From positions 31,821 through 95,820 of the forward strand of contig CAYTNW010000002.1 in NCBI GenBank assembly GCA_964439325.1: a stretch of 64,000 nucleotides of DNA, in the 5' to 3' direction. Position numbers and translations under genes: made by a program. The notes beneath the pieces were generated by a model, which saw nothing but the letters and a program-made list of their open reading frames with translations, was not told where the DNA came from and ran no database searches. The stretch comes from an uncultured Leptospirales bacterium (GTDB taxonomy: Bacteria; Spirochaetota; UBA4802; UBA5550). This document shows, piece after piece, positions 47,036 to 57,198 of the stretch; positions within the stretch are counted from its first letter, which is position 1; each line of letters starts with the position of its first letter.

Positions 47036-47197
47036 TTAAACGGCTTTTCTGTATTTCATAATTTATCGAACAGGCTCGAATGAATCACAGGATATAGAAA
47101 TAAAATAATAAAAAAGTTTCTCAATATATATACTGGGTAGATTAACTGAAAATGCCTGTTTATCATATGGCAAGTTTTTTAATAAACAGGAGGCTTT

Positions 47198-48559
47198 ATG
47201 AAAAGGATATATTTAACTCTATGCCTGATTCTCACATTGATATTAACCGGGTGCTCGTCTTCTCAGGATCCGGAAAAGGTTCCCGGTAAGGTTACAGGGA
47301 AATATGTATCAATTGAAAAGACGGATACGCATTACAATGTTGTTATTGACTACACCACCGGAGCAACAAGATCAGAGGTGGGGAAGGAGTACGGTGAGCT
47401 GATCAAACAGATTTTACCGGATTTTGAAACTGTTGTTGATAGCTGTCTTGCAGATTTTAACAATATCGGAAATCTTGAACAGCAGTATTCCCAGCTCATT
47501 ACTCCTCAGGATAATAACTATGCGGCAATGATTGCAAACGTCGCAAAGATCAAACCGCAGATTCCCGTGGAATACAGGGATGAGATCGAAGGCCTTGCTT
47601 CAGCAATGTCAGGAGGAACAACGGATACTGTCTCAGATAATAAACTTTCAGTGGACGAGGTGTATATATTGAGCATATTACCTGATGTAATCCGTGCGTG
47701 TCAATGCAACGGTGTTGGAGTCTGGGGGAGCCTGTCCTCCACCGGTAATAATATGGTAGGGCGTACGCTCGATTTTTACAGCGGCAGTAAAAGACAATTT
47801 GCTCAATGCAATGCGGTAACGACGATAAAGAACAATGATTCATCGATATGTCTTGTGGGATTTCTGGGGCAGTTCTGCGCCGTCACGGTCTTTAATAAAG
47901 CAGGGGTCTTTGCGGGAATTCTTGATTCACCGGAACTTGTTTCAAACACGGGCAATTTTAACAACAGCCCGAGGTCTTATGTGATGGACCTCAGATATGC
48001 AGTTGAACTGGCGGGTTATACATCTCTTGAAGATGTTGCCGGTTATATGACAGATAACAGCAGGAACTATGTCTTCAATCATAATATCCTTCTTGCCGAC
48101 AAGACAGATACGCAGGTCGTGGAGAATGATCTGCTGCATAACAGGGCTTTGAGAAACTCTACCTCTCAATTGAGGAGCGGTGTCAGCTGGAATTTTACCG
48201 AGGCAATATGTGTGGTAAATTCATTCGTACTCGATGGAAATTTCGATAATCATTCGGGTAATACAAACTCAAAAAGGTGGGCCTCTTTCACCTCTCAGCT
48301 TACCGGTGCAGTAGCAGGCGGGAAGATCACTCCGGATGCTTTGAGATCAGTAATGTCATATCATGATTTATCCGATGCTGATGCTTCAATTTACCGCGGG
48401 CCGGAATATGAAGCTGCCAGTATATGGAATACCGATCTGTGCAGTATTCAACAGGTATTTTATGTACCTGCAACAGGAGAACTGAAAGCTTATTTCCTCC
48501 CTGTATCGGGACCGCTGGAAAATCCTGTATTTAAAGATATCACTGTAAATTTTAACTGA
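47198..48559 (+). CDS. lipoprotein, possibly Ntn-hydrolase (C45 / choloylglycine-hydrolase-like) fold
   Basis: MKRIYLTLCLILTLILTGC lipobox. RACQCNGVGVWGSLSSTGNNMVGRTLDFYSG resembles the nucleophile-Cys ... GRNxDW region of the family. The functional call is weak. Confidence 0.55.
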   Translation: MKRIYLTLCLILTLILTGCSSSQDPEKVPGKVTGKYVSIEKTDTHYNVVIDYTTGATRSEVGKEYGELIKQILPDFETVVDSCLADFNNIGNLEQQYSQLITPQDNNYAAMIANVAKIKPQIPVEYRDEIEGLASAMSGGTTDTVSDNKLSVDEVYILSILPDVIRACQCNGVGVWGSLSSTGNNMVGRTLDFYSGSKRQFAQCNAVTTIKNNDSSICLVGFLGQFCAVTVFNKAGVFAGILDSPELVSNTGNFNNSPRSYVMDLRYAVELAGYTSLEDVAGYMTDNSRNYVFNHNILLADKTDTQVVENDLLHNRALRNSTSQLRSGVSWNFTEAICVVNSFVLDGNFDNHSGNTNSKRWASFTSQLTGAVAGGKITPDALRSVMSYHDLSDADASIYRGPEYEAASIWNTDLCSIQQVFYVPATGELKAYFLPVSGPLENPVFKDITVNFN

Positions 48560-48571
48560 AAACATGATTTG

Positions 48572-48608
48572 AAAAACAGATAAAACATATTGTTTTATCT
48601 GTTTTTTT
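48572..48608 (+). terminator. rho-independent terminator
   Basis: acagataaaaca-tat-tgttttatctgt (12-bp perfect stem) followed by a T-run. Confidence 0.8.
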
Positions 48609-48740
48609 ATTGTAAAACCGGATATCCTTAAACTTTATAGACTTAAGCCTGGAACTAAAAAATTACCATTGTCTCACACCGATTTTGAATGACTGGTTCC
48701 GGTTTTAAATTTTTGAAAAAAGAAAGATTATATCCGGGGG

Positions 48741-49238
48741 ATGACTATGACTATTGTATTTGAACCGATGTCTGACGGGCATGAAAATGATGTGATGAGT
48801 ATCTTTAATTATTATATTGAAAACAGTTTTTACGCTTATCCGGAGAAAAAAATGCCTGACCAGTTTTTTGCCCGTTTTCTCGAGATTGGAAAAACATATC
48901 CCGCTTTTGTTATTAAAAGTGACGGCATCATTGCGGGCTTCTGCCTGTTGAGGCCTTATAATCCTTTTCCTGTGTTCAGGGAGACAGCAGAGGTAAGCTA
49001 TTTTATTAAACAGGAGTTTACCGGTAAGGGGATAGGATCAGTTGCATTGAAAAAACTTGAAGAATCGGCACAAAATATCGGTATAAAAAGACTTCTCGCG
49101 GATATCTCTTCAGAAAATCAGCACAGCATTAACTTCCATCAGAAAAACGGTTTTGTCAGATGCGGTGTGTTTAAAAATGCCGGGAGGAAATTTGGAAAAT
49201 ATTTTGATGTAGTCTGGATGGAGAAAGAACTGTTATGA
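48741..49238 (+). CDS. GNAT-family N-acetyltransferase (phosphinothricin-acetyltransferase-like)
   Basis: 165 aa. QEFTGKGIGSVALKKLEESA acetyl-CoA-binding motif. Stop overlaps the next ATG (ATGA). Confidence 0.8.
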   Translation: MTMTIVFEPMSDGHENDVMSIFNYYIENSFYAYPEKKMPDQFFARFLEIGKTYPAFVIKSDGIIAGFCLLRPYNPFPVFRETAEVSYFIKQEFTGKGIGSVALKKLEESAQNIGIKRLLADISSENQHSINFHQKNGFVRCGVFKNAGRKFGKYFDVVWMEKELL

Positions 49239-49669
49239 AGTTTTATGCGGGAGATTGTATAATTAAATACGGTTTTGAGAATATGGATTTTCTGAAAGTA
49301 ACCGGGATGCTTGCTGATGCTTTCTGGAGCAGGGATATAAAAATTGATGAAGTAAAAAAAGGCGCTTTGAATTCAGCTCTGACAGTCGGCGTTTTTTTTA
49401 ATGAAACACAGATTGCCTATTCGCGCGTGATTTCAGACAAAACGCGGTTTGCCTACATCCTTGATGTTTACGTAGATGAAGAATTCAGAAAGAAAGGGGT
49501 GGGACAGCTGATGATTAACAGTATACTTGGTCATGACGATCTGAAGGATGTTTACCAGTGGTTGCTGATAACTGGAGATGCCCACAAAGTTTACAGTAAA
49601 TCAGGTTTCAAACCGCTCGGTATGCCAGAAAACTGGATGGAGATTCGAAAGCAGAGACCTGAACGGTGA
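49235..49669 (+). CDS. GNAT-family N-acetyltransferase
   Basis: 144 aa. VDEEFRKKGVGQLMINSIL motif A. Confidence 0.75.
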   Translation: MKFYAGDCIIKYGFENMDFLKVTGMLADAFWSRDIKIDEVKKGALNSALTVGVFFNETQIAYSRVISDKTRFAYILDVYVDEEFRKKGVGQLMINSILGHDDLKDVYQWLLITGDAHKVYSKSGFKPLGMPENWMEIRKQRPER

Positions 49670-49697
49670 TTTCAGTCCTATACAGATTATTTAATTG

Positions 49698-50177
49698 TTA
49701 TAGTATATGATGATGTGCCGGGATAAGATCGTCAACGGACTCACCAGGTTTGCGGATAGCTATTCTGCATGTGGTTTCACCGGGCTGTGCCTGTGAACTG
49801 AGAACTATAAACTGACCCCCGATCTTTTGTACCATGGTCCGGTCGAACTCCATAACCTTGTAGCATGCACGCACGTCGCCAGTACCTCGCAGAGGGCACC
49901 ATGTACGGGTCTTGGCGTAAAATGTATTTCCGGTTACGGATAAAACCTCCTGCATATTCTGATATGGGAACATCCGTCTCCATTCATTTCCGATCTCGCT
50001 GATTTCAGATTTATATTCCGCTTTTCTGATCAGAAGCACGAATCGGGCATTCAGCCGCATGAACATCCCGGTAAATTTATCCCATCCAAGACGGGCGGAG
50101 ATGGCTGCAATCATCAGATTGATCTTAAAAAAAATATAGTAAAGGGGATTTATTAGCGCATTCAGCAATTTGAACAT
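49698..50177 (-). CDS. hypothetical protein
   Basis: 159-aa ORF with an N-terminal hydrophobic helix. No confident family. Confidence 0.45.
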   Translation of the reverse strand: MFKLLNALINPLYYIFFKINLMIAAISARLGWDKFTGMFMRLNARFVLLIRKAEYKSEISEIGNEWRRMFPYQNMQEVLSVTGNTFYAKTRTWCPLRGTGDVRACYKVMEFDRTMVQKIGGQFIVLSSQAQPGETTCRIAIRKPGESVDDLIPAHHHIL

Positions 50178-50373
50178 GTTTCCACCGCCGGAGACAGGAT
50201 TTTTAGTTATATCTTCATAATAATTAACACTTTAAAGGCTCATCAGTCAAATTTATGTTATAAATGGGAGAGCTTTCATCATGATTGCCGGATAAAAACC
50301 GGGCAATCATGATGAAAAAATTTTATTGCTGCAGCTGTAAGCAGTTGTTTTGTTTTAGAGACGGGGGATTTAG

Positions 50374-51438
50374 CTATCTCCCCTTTGTGAGTTTATATCC
50401 CTTGATTTTAACCGACGGATCATCGTTCGGATTATAATTGTCGTCGTCGGAGTATATTATATTTCCGCTCTCATTGACCCACCTGTTCTTCCACGATGCC
50501 GTGTCGCGTTCAACTTTGCCGGTGAACGGATTTTTATAGTCGTTCTGATCAGTAAGGGTCAGGTACATGTCGCGCTGGATCGCCTCCTGGGTTTTCCGTC
50601 TACCCTCGGAAATCTCCCTGTCAATACGCTGAATGTCCTGCTGTGTCATCGATATAGTTTTGTTCCTCTGCATCTGTCCGCGTATTTCGCCTGCTACCCA
50701 TTTCATGTTCCAGTCGCCGGAGTTCTGTATAACCGAAAGGGTGCTTTCCCACTTCGGGAACTCTCCCTCAGGAACCCGTGCCAGCAGCGTTGTCCTGTTC
50801 TTCCAGAGGCCGCCGCCACCCGCGCCGAAATCCTCAAGGATTGTGATTACGCGCTCTGAGTAGCGTTTACCTTTCTCCTCGTAGCTGAGTGAAACAAGAG
50901 CTGCGTAGTAGGACATGTTGGTGAAGTAGTTCATCTCTTTAGGTACCGTTGACTGGAAAATCGATGCCAGGGCAGGGAGGTTTTTCACATCCGTTACCCT
51001 CACATTACGCGCCCCGGGATGAGCATAGGGGACCACAACCTCCGTAACGAAACGCTGCGGGTTGCGTTTGGCGCGTACCAGCGCGTTATTGAAGATCGCT
51101 CCCTCCGGATTGCCCCATGCCTGGGAGGTGTCGATACACATCATTTCAGGCAGCCAGCGTATCATAACCGTACCTGCTTTATCACTTTTTACGGAGAGAT
51201 CAAATTTGCATTCAACCATATTCATCGCGCCTCCGAAACGTTCGTCAAGAATCCGGATTGCTCCCCCCTCCAGGAGCCAACCTTTTGGAACAAGGAGTGT
51301 AAAGGCCCTTTCTCTCGGTTCGGCTCTTCTTTCAAAAACGACGGTTGATTTCTGATCGTGGGGCTTTCCGCCGCAGAGGGTCAGAAAAATAATAGAAGCT
51401 GATAAAACCATCCTGAAACGTTTTGATTTAATGATCAT
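50374..51438 (-). CDS. lipoprotein of unknown function
   Basis: 354 aa. SASIIFLTLCGG lipobox. Followed by a 15-bp hairpin at 50277-50314. Confidence 0.6.
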   Translation of the reverse strand: MIIKSKRFRMVLSASIIFLTLCGGKPHDQKSTVVFERRAEPRERAFTLLVPKGWLLEGGAIRILDERFGGAMNMVECKFDLSVKSDKAGTVMIRWLPEMMCIDTSQAWGNPEGAIFNNALVRAKRNPQRFVTEVVVPYAHPGARNVRVTDVKNLPALASIFQSTVPKEMNYFTNMSYYAALVSLSYEEKGKRYSERVITILEDFGAGGGGLWKNRTTLLARVPEGEFPKWESTLSVIQNSGDWNMKWVAGEIRGQMQRNKTISMTQQDIQRIDREISEGRRKTQEAIQRDMYLTLTDQNDYKNPFTGKVERDTASWKNRWVNESGNIIYSDDDNYNPNDDPSVKIKGYKLTKGR

Positions 51439-51672
51439 AATATCCTCCGTAAATAAGTGCGGAATTAATAACTATTAACGAATTGATCAGTATGTTTTGT
51501 CCTTCGGCTTTCTTCGACGGCGTTCAGCACAGTCCGCCCGGGGAATATTGTAAACGACGGTTGTCTGCAAAGAGTCAGTCGAAATGATCGGAGTCAAAAC
51601 CTGATTTTAAAAAAGCTAATTAATTCGTGTAATACTTTAATTGTGCGAAAATATCAATAAAATAAAACAATG

Positions 51673-52869
51673 TCAATCAGTTTTACCATATGCAAAGCTG
51701 ACAAACATTATCACTATAATCAGCGCTAGCATAAACCCTGACAAAAATCCGGCTTTGTCAGAGTACAGGGTTATAACTGTTCCTGCTATAAGAGGCCCGG
51801 ATGAATGGCCGACGTCCATGATTGATGACAGAGCTCCCATTGACGCTCCGAGCTGGTCTCTCTTTGCTATATCGGCAACGTAGGCGCTGGTTGCAACCGT
51901 TGAGAATGACATCGCAAGACCGAAGGTCATGCTCACTGCCAGAACAGGGATGAACGATGTTACAAACGGAATAACAGCGACTGAAAGGCCGAGAACGAAA
52001 AGGCCGGCAGCAATCTGGATTCTCTTGTCAATCCTGTCCGCAAGACGTCCGAATGCAGGTTTGGTAAGAGCTATGGACAAGATCTGAAGTGAAAATATCA
52101 ATCCTACTATTTCAGGCCCGTAACCTGATCTTTTTAAATAACCGGGTGTGAAGGTTTCGAATATTCCGAATGAGAAATAAGTTGAAAGATCAACAAGAGC
52201 GGTCGCCAGTATAAGCCTGTTCCGGGCGATATACTTTACGCTTGCAAAAAAATCTTTCACAGAAACACCTTTCTTGACTGGAGATTCTCCTGTTCTGATT
52301 AAAAGGGCCCCTGTAACAACAGGTATGCTCATGATGAACGCTGATACGTATACCGCACGGCAGCTCGCAAGTTCACCCCTGTAAGCAAAAAATGCTATAA
52401 TTGCACCGCCCGCAAGCGGAGCGAGTGTCCTGCCGATTAGAGTGGCGGATGAATAGATGCCGAGTTTTTCACCCCTGTCTGTGTCATAAGATTCAGCGAT
52501 AATTGTGGATGCAAGAGGTCCAAGAATCGCTGTTGCCATTCCGTGAAAGAACCTGACAGGTATAAGCCAGAATGGATTGAACACAAGAAGATAGAGAAGG
52601 GGCGCGCTCATAAATATCAGTGATGAGACGATAAGCATTTTCTTTTTTCCGATTTTATCTGCAAGGAAACCTACAGGGAATGAAAAGAGAATTCCCGCCA
52701 CAGGAGAGATCGAGGATATCAGTCCCAGCAATTGATCATCGGCGCCGAGAGATTTAACCAGGAAAGGGAGTACGGGATTTTTCGATATCGTAGAAGTGAA
52801 TATCGCCAGAAAACCGATCATTGATATGTAGAATATTATTCCCCTGTTTCTGGCCGACGGTGTGTTCAT
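51673..52869 (-). CDS. MFS transporter
   Basis: 398 aa, 12 TM pattern. GFLADKIGKKKM loop motif. Confidence 0.85.
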   Translation of the reverse strand: MNTPSARNRGIIFYISMIGFLAIFTSTISKNPVLPFLVKSLGADDQLLGLISSISPVAGILFSFPVGFLADKIGKKKMLIVSSLIFMSAPLLYLLVFNPFWLIPVRFFHGMATAILGPLASTIIAESYDTDRGEKLGIYSSATLIGRTLAPLAGGAIIAFFAYRGELASCRAVYVSAFIMSIPVVTGALLIRTGESPVKKGVSVKDFFASVKYIARNRLILATALVDLSTYFSFGIFETFTPGYLKRSGYGPEIVGLIFSLQILSIALTKPAFGRLADRIDKRIQIAAGLFVLGLSVAVIPFVTSFIPVLAVSMTFGLAMSFSTVATSAYVADIAKRDQLGASMGALSSIMDVGHSSGPLIAGTVITLYSDKAGFLSGFMLALIIVIMFVSFAYGKTD

Positions 52870-52898
52870 AACAAACTCCTGCTGATTAAAATACTATA

Positions 52899-53543
52899 TT
52901 AAATAATTGAAGTGAGCTTTCCAATACCGGACCATGCGAAATATACGGCGAATATCACAAGAAAAAATGCGCAGGTGGTAATCACACCCCGATAGAGACG
53001 GTCTGTAAGAAAATGCCTCCCTCCGGAAACTGCGGCTGATATAAATGAGTACCATGCGAGATCAGCGAGTATATGTCCGCTGAAGAAGAAAGCCACCCCT
53101 GTCATGCCGAACTGTCTGGAATAGAGAATATAGCCCATGCCGATAGTCGTCCACCAGATAATCCAGTAGGGATTCGCGAGACTCATCAGGAAACCGCTTA
53201 TAACAGGGTTGTTTCTTTCACCGGAATCGGCATCCCATGATATATGAAGTGAAGGGAGAGAACGGAACATCCCGAAAGCCATCCAGAGAAGAATTACAGA
53301 ACCGATAAGAGCACTGGCAACAAAAACTGAAGGCAGAAGGAAAAACGGAGCGAGACCGAGCATAATCGCAATCACAAGGCTGAGTTCAAGGATGGCATGG
53401 CCTGATATCATAAGCGGCCCGGCGATAAAACCGCGCTGTGAACTTTCGCTGATAGTCGCGGTCAGCAGCGGTCCTGGCATCATTGCCCCCGAAAGCGCTA
53501 TCACAAACGATGATACAAAAATTGTCAGAAACTCTGTGATCAT
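52899..53543 (-). CDS. LysE/RhtB-family amino-acid exporter
   Basis: 214 aa, 6 TM. N-terminal AMMPGPLLTATISES motif region. Confidence 0.8.
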   Translation of the reverse strand: MITEFLTIFVSSFVIALSGAMMPGPLLTATISESSQRGFIAGPLMISGHAILELSLVIAIMLGLAPFFLLPSVFVASALIGSVILLWMAFGMFRSLPSLHISWDADSGERNNPVISGFLMSLANPYWIIWWTTIGMGYILYSRQFGMTGVAFFFSGHILADLAWYSFISAAVSGGRHFLTDRLYRGVITTCAFFLVIFAVYFAWSGIGKLTSII

Positions 53544-53675
53544 GGCGGCAGTTTTTTCTCCGTTATTGTATTAACTTGCCGGTTTTACGGATTGTGTCCG
53601 ATCAGTAAAACTGAAAATTGAATTATGTTTTAGTCAATAAAAAAAGAGATTCTGTTTTGCAATTATTATCTGTTC

Positions 53676-54881
53676 TCATCCTTGAGATTCGGGAAGTAAG
53701 ATGCTTCTGCTGTCAAAATATTTGAGGACAAAAAAAAGAGAGATACTTTGTATAATAACCATTACAGCGATAATGGCCCTCCATCCGCCTGAAGACCATG
53801 GAATCGAGAGGGCCGTTGCTCCGGCTGAACCGCCGAGGTAGTAAAAGGCAACATAAAGTCCGGTTGCGGCGGAGCGGGCCCCTGATGCGGCATGTCCCGC
53901 ATGGCTTGCCGATGATGACTGAATTATGAATATCCCTGTCGACGCCACAGCAAGTCCGAAAATGAAAACGGGGAGCGAGTTGAAAACTGTAAGAAGCAAC
54001 CCCGATGTTATGAAACAGATTGCGATTACCGCTCCAGATCTGTAGCCGATTCGATCGATCATCCTGCCGGCGACGGGTGTTACTATCATACCAAGCGCGT
54101 AGACAAGGAATATCAATCCCAGTGCCGATGTCGATAACGAGAAGGGGGGCTTTGCCAGATAGAAATTGGCGTAGGTGAACAGACCCACATGGCAGAAGAG
54201 TGCGTTGAAACCTGTGATATAGGTCGCTGTAAGCTTCCTGTTCCCCAGGTGGCGGAACATCGCGGAGAAGGAGCTCCGCCATTCGGGAGCTCTTTTGAAC
54301 ATTACCGATGCCGGTAGAAAAACCGATACCGCCGCAGCTCCGATAAAAGTAAGTATTCCAAGAAAGATAAACGAGCAGCGCCAGGAGAAATAGTCGGCGA
54401 TGAAAGCGGCTGAAAGCCTCCCTGTAAGACCTCCGAGAACCGTTCCCGTGACATAAAGGGCCATTACGGAACCGGCCGTACCAGTTTCGGATTCCTCGCT
54501 TATGTAAGCGATGATTACAGCTACGACACCGGGGGTGCATATTCCGGCAACAAACCTGAAAACAACCAGCTGGTCCAGGTTCTGTGCAAAGGCGCAGCCC
54601 GCCGTTGTAAGGGCGAGGATGAACAGGGATGGAACAATAATTATCTTGCGTCCGGCAGTATCGGCAAACATCCCGATAAGCGGAGAGAATACTGCCACGG
54701 CCAGTGCAGCTGATGATACGATCAGGCTGACCCTTGCCTCGGATTCACCGAAATATCCGCGAAAGACCACGAGCAGCGGCTGGGGAGAGTACAGCTGGAG
54801 AAATACGCAGAATCCTGCTGTGAAAACTCCCGCGATCATGCGGTATTGTTTTTTATTCAGTACTGTAGCTGAAGTGGTCAT
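53676..54881 (-). CDS. MFS transporter
   Basis: 401 aa, 12 TM pattern. GMFADTAGRKIII motif. Confidence 0.85.
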   Translation of the reverse strand: MTTSATVLNKKQYRMIAGVFTAGFCVFLQLYSPQPLLVVFRGYFGESEARVSLIVSSAALAVAVFSPLIGMFADTAGRKIIIVPSLFILALTTAGCAFAQNLDQLVVFRFVAGICTPGVVAVIIAYISEESETGTAGSVMALYVTGTVLGGLTGRLSAAFIADYFSWRCSFIFLGILTFIGAAAVSVFLPASVMFKRAPEWRSSFSAMFRHLGNRKLTATYITGFNALFCHVGLFTYANFYLAKPPFSLSTSALGLIFLVYALGMIVTPVAGRMIDRIGYRSGAVIAICFITSGLLLTVFNSLPVFIFGLAVASTGIFIIQSSSASHAGHAASGARSAATGLYVAFYYLGGSAGATALSIPWSSGGWRAIIAVMVIIQSISLFFVLKYFDSRSILLPESQG

Positions 54882-55049
54882 GGCTGCTTTCCGTTTAGCA
54901 TATTTACATGATGAAAAGACAAGCCTGATAACGTAAAGTGTTTTTCTGAAAAAAGGATTTATTGCTGCAGCAGGCCGTAAAGGGGGGAGCGGGTCCGGAC
55001 AGAAGACCCGCCCTGTAATACTGAAGGTTTTCTGTCCGGTACTTTTATT

Positions 55050-56168
55050 CTACCACATAACTGTCAGTACGAGCTTCGCGTCAACCTTGATGAAAGATGA
55101 TGTCTCATACTTGTCGTTCACGAGTCTGTAGTGGAGGTTTACATAATCAGCCCCCACAGAAGCGAGGAGCTTGACATTTGTGAAAACAAAACCGAAAACA
55201 AAAGATCCCCTTGAATCTTTGAAGAAATTTTTGTCCGCCATAGAAGTCGGAGATACAATGGCCATGTTTCCGTAACCGAGTTCGCTGTTTAACGCATTTT
55301 TGTCGTTTATTTTGCCGGATAAAGATGTTTTACAGTCGATATCTATCATAACAAGCAGAATACCGGCCCTGAGCCCGAGTGTAAAACCATAGTTGAAATA
55401 CGTGGCGGTGGCGCTTGAATTATAATAATCGTAGCCGTATTCATTTACCCCTGTATCGGGATAGAGATCATAGTACAGAGAATTGAGTTTTTTGTTGCTC
55501 ATATGGCCGAATCCGAAACGGAGGGATGCAATGTCCAGAAAGCTGGTTGCGGCAACATCAGCATAAATATCTGCACCGAACATCTTGAATTTCGAGTCTC
55601 TCTTCCTGTCGAGGAAGTCGTCCTCCCCCAGCGGTGTGGGGTAACGCCTTACTATATAAGGGACATTTTTATTATCACGGAAGTATTCAGCTTCTACTGA
55701 AATACCTGCTGCACCGACAAAGCTGTCGCTCTTACCCTTGAAAATATCTATGCATTTACCGAAATAGTAATCGGAGTATTTGACGGACTTCTTCGCTTTA
55801 TCGTTCTGAATCTGGGCCATACTCTGTGCTGCTCCCAGTGCAAAAGAGAACCATGGCGAGTTCTCAAGAGAATATTCCAGGTTGAGAAAGGTAAAAGTAC
55901 GGAGTTTATCGTCGGGGTCAACCTGAGGCTGCGGATTTACTCCACTGAGATCTTCAACCTTGTCCATTTTATCGGCCGCTTTCATGTCAACCAGAGAAGA
56001 TCCCCAGGCGAGGGATATGACATTCAGCAGACCTTTATCACTTGCATAATTCATAAACTCGTCATGCCGGTCATGGAGAATTACATATGCTCCGGCCGGA
56101 GATGACGGCAGCAGTATTAATAAAAACAGAAACAATACAGCAAAGCGTGAACTGATAATTTTACTCAT
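55050..56168 (-). CDS. probable outer-membrane beta-barrel protein
   Basis: Signal peptide ending PAGA-Y, alternating-pattern strands, C-terminal ...LVLTVMW. Confidence 0.5.
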   Translation of the reverse strand: MSKIISSRFAVLFLFLLILLPSSPAGAYVILHDRHDEFMNYASDKGLLNVISLAWGSSLVDMKAADKMDKVEDLSGVNPQPQVDPDDKLRTFTFLNLEYSLENSPWFSFALGAAQSMAQIQNDKAKKSVKYSDYYFGKCIDIFKGKSDSFVGAAGISVEAEYFRDNKNVPYIVRRYPTPLGEDDFLDRKRDSKFKMFGADIYADVAATSFLDIASLRFGFGHMSNKKLNSLYYDLYPDTGVNEYGYDYYNSSATATYFNYGFTLGLRAGILLVMIDIDCKTSLSGKINDKNALNSELGYGNMAIVSPTSMADKNFFKDSRGSFVFGFVFTNVKLLASVGADYVNLHYRLVNDKYETSSFIKVDAKLVLTVMW

Positions 56169-56406
56169 TGATTCTCTCTCCTGAAAAAATTATATATTTT
56201 GAAGTTTAGGGGGAACAATAAAATTACTAAAATATCTTTTTGTTCATAATTTATTATGAAGTGTTGAAAGAAAAAGTCAATAACTTTTATCATTTTATAA
56301 AAAAATGATATGCGCCGGCAATTCGTGACAGGGCGGTCAATTTATTTTATTGCAATTAATTTTATTATATATACATTATTGTTAGAATAAAAATGGAGAA
56401 CAAAAA

Positions 56407-56697
56407 ATGATTACACTTATCGCTACTTTAAAAGTCAAAGAAGGGAAGATGGATGAAGTCAGAGAGAGATTAAAAAAAATTGTCGCCATTGTTAAGGAAA
56501 CCGAACCCGGATGTATTGAATATATACCACATACTGTTAAGGGGGAAAAGAATACGGTAATATTCTATGAAAAATATAGAGACAGCGAAGCGCTAAAAAT
56601 TCATTCAGCAAACTTTAACGGCAATTTTAAAGATCTGATGCCGCTGCTCGAGCCGGGGATGGATCTAAAAACATGTTATGAAATAATTGAACAGTAA
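56407..56697 (+). CDS. ABM-domain (antibiotic-biosynthesis-monooxygenase-like) protein
   Basis: 96 aa. Layout MITLIATLKVKEGKMDEV...EPGCIEY...FYEKYRDSEALKIHS. Confidence 0.75.
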   Translation: MITLIATLKVKEGKMDEVRERLKKIVAIVKETEPGCIEYIPHTVKGEKNTVIFYEKYRDSEALKIHSANFNGNFKDLMPLLEPGMDLKTCYEIIEQ

Positions 56698-56774
56698 GCA
56701 TTCAGCAGACAACGCATGTACTCAGCTATGATAAGGGAAACAGCGGTGCAATCCAGATTTTTAAGGACTGAAAG

Positions 56775-57191
56775 ATGGGAAAATGGCAGTGGAATACTCA
56801 GCTTGAAACCGGAATAGATGAGATCGATGAACAGCATAAAGAGCTGTTTAAACGGATCGATCGTCTCGAACTCGCGGTTTATAAAGGAACAACATCAGAA
56901 GAGCTCAAGAAAACAGTTGAATATCTGACTTCATACCTTTTTGAACACCTTGATGCAGAGGAGAAGATACTCCGTGACTGCAGCTATCCTGACCTTGCTG
57001 AGCATATAAAACAGCATAAAGAGTTCCGTTCCCGCTGTGCCGCCTTTATAACCCAGTATAATGAAACCGGGCCCGATAATTATCTTGCCATTGAGATTGA
57101 AAAGCTTGTGACAAAATGGTGCAGGGAGCATATACTGAAAATGGATATGGCCTATGTGCCGTATGTAAAAAAAGAGGTGGATTACCTGTAA
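56775..57191 (+). CDS. bacteriohemerythrin
   Basis: WNTQLETGIDEIDEQHKELF, HLDAEE, HIKQHKEF, EHILKMD metal-ligand motifs. Confidence 0.85.
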   Translation: MGKWQWNTQLETGIDEIDEQHKELFKRIDRLELAVYKGTTSEELKKTVEYLTSYLFEHLDAEEKILRDCSYPDLAEHIKQHKEFRSRCAAFITQYNETGPDNYLAIEIEKLVTKWCREHILKMDMAYVPYVKKEVDYL

Positions 57192-57198
57192 TAAAAAG

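Noticed and set aside
53713-54540. A 275-aa ORF in another frame on the same strand as the MFS transporter gene.
   Set aside because: It is an Arg/Gly/Cys-rich nonsense-like translation typical of an off-frame in a G+C-richer gene. The MFS frame has 12-TM periodicity and family motifs.
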